Assembly: GCA_942492175.1 (NCBI GenBank)
Contig: CALODR010000009.1
Location: forward strand, 353,850 to 417,849
DNA length: 64,000 nucleotides
Reading direction: 5' to 3'
Origin: an uncultured bacterium
GTDB lineage: Bacteria; Acidobacteriota; Aminicenantia; UBA2199
The notes below the pieces were generated by a model. The model saw only the letters and a program-made list of their open reading frames with translations. It searched no databases and had not been told where the DNA came from. Of this stretch, positions 10,531-17,854 are shown in pieces. Numbering within the stretch: position 1 is the first letter of the stretch; each line of letters opens with the position of its first letter. Position numbers and translations under genes: made by a program.

Positions 10531-11148
10531 ATTGACCTCGGCAGTCGAGATCTGTATGAACCTGTCGTCCGGTGAGACTGTTACTACTGTTGAAATGGTC
10601 TCGTGTTTGATGTCAAGTTCTCTTACATTTACAGTATAAGTCCCCGGTGTCTGATATCTGTGTGTCTGGATATGACCTCCGTTCAAAACAGAACCGTCAC
10701 CAAAGTTCCAATATATTGTGGGGTTAAGAAAATGAAGTGCCTGGAGATATACCAGCTGATCAACCTTGGGAGTTGAAGGTGTTGCCGTAACCGCTCTTCT
10801 CGGTGCAATAGTAATATTTTTTGTGACGTTATATGCAGTAAAAACAAATCCGCATGACGGGGTCCACATGGCAACACCATGGGTATACCTTATTGTATAT
10901 GTACCCGGTAGATCAAATGAGTGGCTCTGCCAGCCATGATCCAGATCATCCGGGTATATTATAGTTGTGCCGTCACCGAAATTCCAGGTGGATGTCCCTC
11001 TGGCCGAGTCATGACAACTCTTGTTGAAACCTATTTTGTCACCTACAAAATAAGGCCCGTTCCAGTTAACTACAATTTGTGCATTTAACGATTGCACTAA
11101 AACTAAAGAAAATAAACATATGAATGGTATCAGATATATCTTCTTCAT
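9355..11148 (-). CDS. secreted PKD-repeat protein, paralog A (3 PKD domains plus conserved C-terminal module)
   Basis: Signal peptide; repeated 'WNFGDGT' PKD signature; residues ~207-597 are near-identical to paralog B. Confidence 0.8.
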   Translation of the reverse strand: MKKIYLIPFICLFSLVLVQSLNAQIVVNWNGPYFVGDKIGFNKSCHDSARGTSTWNFGDGTTIIYPDDLDHGWQSHSFDLPGTYTIRYTHGVAMWTPSCGFVFTAYNVTKNITIAPRRAVTATPSTPKVDQLVYLQALHFLNPTIYWNFGDGSVLNGGHIQTHRYQTPGTYTVNVRELDIKHETISTVVTVSPDDRFIQISTAEVNIGEPVTVTAYNFNGDTILWNFGDGTVVIGGHTISHTYTQTGDFKIIAVDEGGESTKSFETMVKVFGLTDKVILDLAELKFDNGKYYMVVPRNSDQLKPVLKLKMKGTGVITGHWLYDGSVFGLINELSSQGEVKEITLDKASPLPTIEPGLHTVSFRLTRPATELVFPTLRYYVLPFEKSMETLTPPDGFVAKEDEIPEFSWAVPRGGAARYQIAFSNSLFDLLNNSSSLVWNDVRGGLTFTPGKEIWDGLKRNRWTYWRVRSFDSFDKVTGESSINEIKIIIAKAEITLNKVTGLGGKNIPIRKEGIFSGSEMLLIKGTVEYKDNSDYIILQVLVNDNMVDQLLFRDVKKGEKREFETSVPGREKGKVVFRVLKTSSPSVIVGLKGILLK

Positions 11149-11150
11149 TT

Positions 11151-12326
11151 TTATCTCCGTAGTATTAAACCCTTTATTCCTACTATAACTGAAGGTGAGG
11201 AGGTTTTAAGAACGCGAAAAACAACTTTCCCTTTCTCTCTTCCGGGTACGGAAGTTTCAAATTCCCTCTTCTCTCCTTTTTTAACATCTCTGAACAATAA
11301 CTGGTCGACCATATTGTCATTAACCAGTACCTGAAGAATGATGTAATCCGAGTTATCTTTATATTCGACCGTACCATTGACCAGGAGTATTTCGGATCCT
11401 GAAAAGATACCCTCTTTTCTAATCGGGATATTTTTCCCCTCCAGTCCGGTCACCTTGTTAATCGTTATCTCTGCTTTTGCAATGATGATCTTGATCTCAT
11501 TGATACCGCTCTCACCTGTTACTTTGTCGAAAGAATCAAAAGATCTGACTCTCCAGTAAGTCCACCTGTTTCTCTTAAGCCCGTCCCATATCGCTTTTCC
11601 GGGGGTGAAAGTGAGTCCCCCTCTGACATCATTCCAGACAAGAGAAGAGCTGTTGTTTAGGAGATCAAAAAGTGAGTTGGAAAAAGCGATCTGGTATCTT
11701 GCCGCACCTCCTCTTGGGACTGCCCATGAGAATTCGGGTATCTCATCCTCTTTTGCTACAAATCCATCTGGGGGTGTTAAGGTCTCCATGCTCTTCTCAA
11801 ATGGGAGCACGTAGTATCTCAGTGTCGGAAACACAAGTTCGGTAGCCGGCCTGGTAAGCCGGAACGAGACAGTGTGTAAACCCGGTTCAATAGTGGGAAG
11901 CGGGCTTGCCTTGTCCAGAGTAATTTCCTTAACTTCACCCTGGCTTGATAACTCATTTATAAGGCCGAATACCGATCCGTCATATAACCAGTGCCCTGTG
12001 ATAACCCCGGTCCCCTTCATTTTTAATTTTAATACCGGTTTAAGCTGATCCGAATTTCTGGGGACGACCATATAATATTTCCCGTTATCGAACTTGAGCT
12101 CAGCCAGATCGAGAATAACCTTATCCGTCAGTCCGAAGACCTTAACCATGGTTTCGAATGATTTTGTACTTTCTCCGCCTTCATCAACAGCAATGATCTT
12201 AAAATCTCCTGTCTGAGTGTAAGTGTGAGATATGGTATGACCTCCGATTACAACTGTTCCATCACCGAAGTTCCATAAAATGGTATCTCCATTAAAATTG
12301 AAAGCGGTGACTGTAACCGGGGCTCC
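11151..12326. repeat. ~1.2 kb direct repeat copy 2 (3' part of PKD paralog B)
   Basis: See copy 1. Confidence 0.85.
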
Positions 12327-12962
12327 GATCGGTGTCTCTGATGTTGAAATTTGAATGAACCTGTCATCGGGAGATATAGTTACTGTTGCGTATATGGTCT
12401 CATGTTTTACATCCAGTTCTCTTGCCGTAATTGTGTACACTCCGGTTGACTGATACCTGTGGGTTTGAGTAAGACTTCCATTAAGTACAGTTCCGTCCCC
12501 GAAGTCCCAATAAACTGTGGTTCCCGTAAAATTCAGGGCCTGGATGTAGACAAGCTGATCAACCTTCGCGTTGGAGGGATAAGCTGTGACAGCCCTTTTT
12601 GGGTCAATAGTAATTCTGTATATAACGGTAAATGCATTTCCTGACCAGCTTCCATCATGACATATGGGAGTTGAAGAGGCAACACCATGGGTATACCTCA
12701 CTACATATGTCCCCGGTAGTGAATATGAGTGATACTGCCAGCCGTGATCATTGTCATCCAGATATGTGTAGGATGTACCGTCACCGAAATCCCAGGTGGA
12801 TGTTCCCCTGCTGGAATCATGACAGATTTTATTGAATCCGATTGTATCACCAACGTAATAGGGATCACTTTTATTAACTACAATTCCGGTTGGGAAAGAC
12901 TGAGCTTGAATTGAAACAGTAGTAAATATAGCAACTAATATTAATAAGTATGTCTTTTTCAT
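11151..12962 (-). CDS. secreted PKD-repeat protein, paralog B (tandem duplicate of A)
   Basis: Signal peptide; 'WDFGDGT/WNFGDGT' PKD motifs. The stop lies 2 nt from the start of paralog A. Confidence 0.8.
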   Translation of the reverse strand: MKKTYLLILVAIFTTVSIQAQSFPTGIVVNKSDPYYVGDTIGFNKICHDSSRGTSTWDFGDGTSYTYLDDNDHGWQYHSYSLPGTYVVRYTHGVASSTPICHDGSWSGNAFTVIYRITIDPKRAVTAYPSNAKVDQLVYIQALNFTGTTVYWDFGDGTVLNGSLTQTHRYQSTGVYTITARELDVKHETIYATVTISPDDRFIQISTSETPIGAPVTVTAFNFNGDTILWNFGDGTVVIGGHTISHTYTQTGDFKIIAVDEGGESTKSFETMVKVFGLTDKVILDLAELKFDNGKYYMVVPRNSDQLKPVLKLKMKGTGVITGHWLYDGSVFGLINELSSQGEVKEITLDKASPLPTIEPGLHTVSFRLTRPATELVFPTLRYYVLPFEKSMETLTPPDGFVAKEDEIPEFSWAVPRGGAARYQIAFSNSLFDLLNNSSSLVWNDVRGGLTFTPGKAIWDGLKRNRWTYWRVRSFDSFDKVTGESGINEIKIIIAKAEITINKVTGLEGKNIPIRKEGIFSGSEILLVNGTVEYKDNSDYIILQVLVNDNMVDQLLFRDVKKGEKREFETSVPGREKGKVVFRVLKTSSPSVIVGIKGLILRR

Positions 12963-13003
12963 GTTTTATCTCCGTAGTATAAAGCCCTTTTCATCTCAGT
13001 CTT

Positions 13004-14908
13004 TTAGAAAGCTATGTCTGCTTTCAGGTAAACTGAAGTGGAATCATTCGTCATTCCACTATTCTCATCTTTTTTATATGTCCCTTTCAAAGAGATTGAT
13101 GGTGTGATCTTATTTTTGAATAGTTTAGCCATGAAAAAATTAAGGCTGACGTCTGCAGAGAAGGTTTTTGAATCCGAATAAACGCTTTCACTGCTGTAAT
13201 ATGATGAAAAAATGGAAAGTGTGAAGATGTCGGGGATGAACTTAAGTTCTGAACTCAGGGTAGCATTAAGCATTTTTGATGTGGTGTCATCCTGATTGTC
13301 GGTCTTTGTATATGATGCAGACGGGGAAAGGGTAAGAAATTTTCCGATCGAAAATGACATTGAAAGGTTTGCATTCAGGTTGGAAGTGAAATTTTCAGAT
13401 TCGATCTTTCCGATTCCGAGTGATATAGAGTTGCTTCCCGAATAGTACCTGAGGTTAGTACCATAAGAGTTAGTGTTCATAGCGGTACCAGAGCTCTGGA
13501 GGCCTGAAGACTCATCATAGTTCAGATTGTTCCTTCCTAAATTTGCACTGAGGCTGAAATGATTTCCAATTGTCCAGTTAATATCGGTCTTAATCTCTTT
13601 TGTCCTTTCCGTGTTCCATTCTGTACTATTCAGATAGTTTTTTTCATCCCGGTAATTGACATTCCAGGTTATTTTTGTCAGGTTCAGCCCAATTGCGGTG
13701 TTAAGCCCTTCTCTATCGTTCAGCATCATCTGGTTTGCAATAGAGTAATAATTCGTACCTATTTTTTTATAATTTCCGTTTGCAGAGATCTTTCCCTTGT
13801 AAAAATTAAATCCGGCCTGCCAGGCACTGTCTTTTTCTTTTGATATATCATCACTGGTCTCACCTTTGCCGAAATTACTCTGTGCATATTCACCTTTCAG
13901 CGTAAGTGCACTTTTCATGAGTTTAAGTTCACCCCAGATCGAAATAATGTCACCTTCCCTGACAGGATCATCATTCGAATATAAGGTTTTACTATCGGTC
14001 TTATCTTTACCTGTTATGAATGAGGTTTTTATTGAAAATATCTGCCCTGATTTAAATCCTGTCGCTGCACCGAAAAGGTTTGCATCAGGTATCGGTATCC
14101 CGAATCCCTCAAAACCTGTTTTTTGCTGAGAGTTTACTGAAAACAGGTTGAAGTACAATTTATTTCCGGTCATTTCATAGTTTAACCCTCTTCTACTGAG
14201 CCATGAAGTTGAAAAATCTGAATGATTTATCGAAACATCACCAGCTTCAAATTTATGATTGCCTTTTTTGAACCTGACAATCATATTGGAAAGATTTATG
14301 TGGCTTTCATCAGGCCCGATCTGATCCAGGTAATTAAATGTGGATTCAAAATCGAACTGATATTCGTTGTCATAAATATTCCTGTATAATCTTATATTCC
14401 CGTTGTTTGAAAATGCTTTGCCCGGATAATCAGAATTGTCATGCAGTTTGGTGGTTGAAGAGTATGAGGGGCTTACTTTTAAAAAGGGATTCTTTGCTTT
14501 GGGCGTTGCTCCCCCTGATTCTGTATTTAAAAAATAGATCTCAGGTGATTCTTTCTTTGTAAAATTTGTGATAGTGAAGACCGGTGATAGGGGATTTTCC
14601 TTTCTTCTGTCTTTTTCAAAGATAAAGTATTCAATGTTTTTCCCGTAGAGGTTCTCAAGAGGCAATCTGTAGTAGATCTCCCCGTTTGCACTGACCTCCA
14701 TTTTCCTTACCTGATAATGATTCAGTCCCTCAGTTTTGTAGTAAATATAAAAATCATCTCCCCGGCTGAGTGTTGAAACTTTAATAGTTATTGCTTTTTC
14801 ACCCTTCTCAATTATCGGGAGGTAGTTGGAAAAGCCAAAGGATTTGCTTTGAACCGTCAAACTTAATAATAAAATCAGGATTAAAACACAGATAGGTTTT
14901 ATTCTCAT
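13004..14908 (-). CDS. outer-membrane beta-barrel protein (634 aa), family unknown
   Basis: Signal peptide 'MRIKPICVLILILLLSLTVQS'; long Ser/Thr/Asn/Gly/Tyr-rich amphipathic strands; C-terminal '...YLKADIAF' terminal Phe. Confidence 0.55.
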   Translation of the reverse strand: MRIKPICVLILILLLSLTVQSKSFGFSNYLPIIEKGEKAITIKVSTLSRGDDFYIYYKTEGLNHYQVRKMEVSANGEIYYRLPLENLYGKNIEYFIFEKDRRKENPLSPVFTITNFTKKESPEIYFLNTESGGATPKAKNPFLKVSPSYSSTTKLHDNSDYPGKAFSNNGNIRLYRNIYDNEYQFDFESTFNYLDQIGPDESHINLSNMIVRFKKGNHKFEAGDVSINHSDFSTSWLSRRGLNYEMTGNKLYFNLFSVNSQQKTGFEGFGIPIPDANLFGAATGFKSGQIFSIKTSFITGKDKTDSKTLYSNDDPVREGDIISIWGELKLMKSALTLKGEYAQSNFGKGETSDDISKEKDSAWQAGFNFYKGKISANGNYKKIGTNYYSIANQMMLNDREGLNTAIGLNLTKITWNVNYRDEKNYLNSTEWNTERTKEIKTDINWTIGNHFSLSANLGRNNLNYDESSGLQSSGTAMNTNSYGTNLRYYSGSNSISLGIGKIESENFTSNLNANLSMSFSIGKFLTLSPSASYTKTDNQDDTTSKMLNATLSSELKFIPDIFTLSIFSSYYSSESVYSDSKTFSADVSLNFFMAKLFKNKITPSISLKGTYKKDENSGMTNDSTSVYLKADIAF

Positions 14909-14984
14909 TTTTTCACCCCTTCCTTCTTATTTATAAAAAAAAAATAAAAATATTACAATACAAAATAAATGTCAGGTCATAATT

Positions 14985-17807
14985 TTACAGGATCTTAAAG
15001 AACAAGATATCAGAAACAGTTGATACGGATCCGGTTGCGTCAACTATTCTTACCTGCCAGTATATCCAGTCTCCAGATTTGTATTTTGCAGTTTCAAGGT
15101 CAAAAGATGTGTCTTCCCCTGTCTCTATCCAATTTATGCTATTGTCACTCTGGAGTTGGAATGGGATTTCGGATACGGCAATTTCGAACCTGTCCCCCTG
15201 CCTTTTCTTTTTCCATTTTAGTTTTATTATATCTTTACGTGTCAATTTTGATCCGGATAAAGGGGATATTGTTTTTATGGACCCGCTGTTGGTCACAAAA
15301 TATCTTAAAGTAGGGATCTTGCCCTCAAAATTATAATTTTCAAAATCTAAACTTAATGAATGAATTCCTGTTTCGAGTACAGGAAGTTTCGGGACTTCGC
15401 TGGCTTTTATGGTAATAAGGTTTCTTCCTGCCAGTAGTTTTGTGAATAAACCAAAAACCTTCCCGTCAAAAAGCCATTTACCGGTGATAATTCCTTTCCC
15501 GTTTATTTTCAGCTTTAACTGATAACCGGGGGAAAAGCTGTTAAGCGGAACGATCCTGTAGTATTTTCCATTGCTGAAAGTGAGCTCCAGAGCATTTATT
15601 CTGAAATCCTCCGTCTGCTCCCTGACCTTTACAGTTTTTGTGAACAATTTTTTTCCTTGGCCTTCATAGTCAACAGCTGTGATCTTATATGTACCTGTTT
15701 TGTTGAAAGTCTGTGTAATGGTTTTGGAGAGGATTTTGGGCGGGCTGCCGTCTCCCACATCCCATTTGACTGCATTACCATTAAAATTTTGTGCAGTCAG
15801 TTTAAGCGGTTCACCGATGAGGACGGTCTCTTCCCCGAGAATAAGTGATCTTGTGTCAGGTTGAACATTTATTGTTTTTACAACCGGCGGATAAAGTCCG
15901 GACCTGTCAGTTAAAATAATTTGTTTTACTCCGGGAGTGTTAAAGACTATTTCGCCCGGATTTTGTCCGGATACGGTTTTCCCCCCCTGAAATTTCCACT
16001 CATAATTCCCGCCTTGTGAGTTTTTCAACTGCATTGAAAACGGAACTCCGGCAATAATAGTTTTTCCTAATTCCAGCACACGGGAATCCCTGACAACATT
16101 TATGCTGAGTTCTATTTCCCTGGATCCTTTCCCGTCAAAATCTATAGCGGTTATTCTATAATTTCCGGGCATTTTATATTTATGAGTAATTCTTTTTGAG
16201 CCTCTCTGGTCCGAGCCGTCTCCAAAGATCCATCTTACTCTGTTGTCAGCGAAATTTCTTGCTTCAAATTCTGTTTCCGTGTCTGCGATAATAGTTCCCT
16301 TGCGGGATACTATTTCCCTGTTATCCCTTAAAACATTTATCCTCACCTTCACAGGAATTTTTGAAGTGCCGTCAAAATCAAATACCTGAACAACAAAATT
16401 TCCCGGTCTCATATACGTATAATTTATTTGATGCGAGCCATTCCTGATTGTTCCGTCTCCCATATCCCATTTAACTGAAGGAGAATTCAAATTGCGTCCT
16501 ATAATTTTTAATTCAGTTTTTTCAAAAATTTGACTATTTTCAACTTTGAGTTCTCTGTTATCGTTTATTGTAATAAATTCTCTTACGGGCGACTGCCCCT
16601 GTATATCAGCAATAACCTCAACTCTTCCAGGATCCTTGAATTTATGCTGGATCTCCAGTGGGGAATTGTTTGCGGGGTTTTCGTTTCCTATCTTCCAGGT
16701 TACAGTATTTGCAGAACTATTCTGAAGCTTAATCATTACCTGCTGCCCGACAAGTGCTGCCGGCGGCTGAATCAGGACCTTTCTTTTATCCTGATTTACA
16801 GATACCATCACCGTTACAAATGGAGAAGATGATCCGGCTTCCCTTGCTTTAATATTGAAGTTTCCCATGTTTGTAAAAGTGTGTTTTTCTGTCTGTCCGC
16901 CGGTTTTTTTATTGTTTTGGCCGAAATCCCACTCAATTGATCCTGAAGTAAAATTGACTGCATTAAATGTAACTTCTTCATAAAGTGAGGGGTTTTGCGG
17001 AGATATATTTATAGATCTGTTGTCAGGTGAAACGTTTACGGTTTCTTCAATAAAGCTGTTCGGACCTATTGCCATGTCTGTTACCCTGACCTTAAAGTTA
17101 CCCTGAGATGAAAATATATGAGTCATTGATTGTCCGCCGTTCTGTATTGCTCCGTCCCCGAAATCCCATTTAAGGTTTGCGGAAAAATTTACCGCCTGGA
17201 AAGCTATTTCCCTCCCTGCCATCGGAGATGAGGGTTGATAATTTACAGAACGGTTATCTGGTGCTATTGATATTGTGCAGGTTATAACTGAAGATGAATT
17301 TCCAGCGTAATCTTTTACTTTTATTGTATAATTACCTGGATTTGAATAAGTATGCTCCCTGCTCTGCTGACCGTTATTTACTGTTCCGTCTCCGAAATCC
17401 CAGTTCAGAGTATTTTCAACAAAATAATTTGTGTTAAATAAAACAGGATTTCCGGCCATAAAAGAGCTACCACTAGGTTCAACAGTTCTCCTTTCTGTAA
17501 CATTAATTATTGATGTCAACAGAGTCGGTTGGCCGCCTGCAGGGGTTTTTTCACAAGTTACTTCATAATTTCCCGGTTCTTTATAAATATGGTTTGCTTG
17601 AGATTGGGCCCCCTCAACAGGTGGAGTTCCGTCCCCGAAATTCCATTTGTAGTTAAATTGAGATGAAGGAGGTCCCCCTCCCTGAATTCCAAAAGTCACC
17701 TGTGTACCCGGGAACACCTGGTTAGGTTGGTTGTGGATGTTCTCACTATTTAATTGGTTGAATAAAAGCAGGAATACTAACGATACAAAAATGAGGTTTT
17801 TTTTCAT
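14985..17807 (-). CDS. large secreted PKD-repeat protein C (~8 PKD domains plus the C-terminal module shared with A and B)
   Basis: Many 'WDFGDGT/WNFGDG' motifs. The start is probably the internal ATG at 17807 (MKKNLIFVSLVFLLLF) preceded by GGAG, not 17858. C-terminal ~210 aa are homologous to A/B ('LTFSNGKYYRIVP' vs 'LKFDNGKYYMVVP'; 'GKWLFDGKVFGL' vs 'GHWLYDGSVFGL'; 'PTLRYFV' vs 'PTLRYYV'). Confidence 0.8.
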   Translation of the reverse strand: MKKNLIFVSLVFLLLFNQLNSENIHNQPNQVFPGTQVTFGIQGGGPPSSQFNYKWNFGDGTPPVEGAQSQANHIYKEPGNYEVTCEKTPAGGQPTLLTSIINVTERRTVEPSGSSFMAGNPVLFNTNYFVENTLNWDFGDGTVNNGQQSREHTYSNPGNYTIKVKDYAGNSSSVITCTISIAPDNRSVNYQPSSPMAGREIAFQAVNFSANLKWDFGDGAIQNGGQSMTHIFSSQGNFKVRVTDMAIGPNSFIEETVNVSPDNRSINISPQNPSLYEEVTFNAVNFTSGSIEWDFGQNNKKTGGQTEKHTFTNMGNFNIKAREAGSSSPFVTVMVSVNQDKRKVLIQPPAALVGQQVMIKLQNSSANTVTWKIGNENPANNSPLEIQHKFKDPGRVEVIADIQGQSPVREFITINDNRELKVENSQIFEKTELKIIGRNLNSPSVKWDMGDGTIRNGSHQINYTYMRPGNFVVQVFDFDGTSKIPVKVRINVLRDNREIVSRKGTIIADTETEFEARNFADNRVRWIFGDGSDQRGSKRITHKYKMPGNYRITAIDFDGKGSREIELSINVVRDSRVLELGKTIIAGVPFSMQLKNSQGGNYEWKFQGGKTVSGQNPGEIVFNTPGVKQIILTDRSGLYPPVVKTINVQPDTRSLILGEETVLIGEPLKLTAQNFNGNAVKWDVGDGSPPKILSKTITQTFNKTGTYKITAVDYEGQGKKLFTKTVKVREQTEDFRINALELTFSNGKYYRIVPLNSFSPGYQLKLKINGKGIITGKWLFDGKVFGLFTKLLAGRNLITIKASEVPKLPVLETGIHSLSLDFENYNFEGKIPTLRYFVTNSGSIKTISPLSGSKLTRKDIIKLKWKKKRQGDRFEIAVSEIPFQLQSDNSINWIETGEDTSFDLETAKYKSGDWIYWQVRIVDATGSVSTVSDILFFKIL

Positions 17808-17854
17808 TGTAAAATTCTCCTTAAAGTTTATATAAGAAAATTGTTGAATATATC

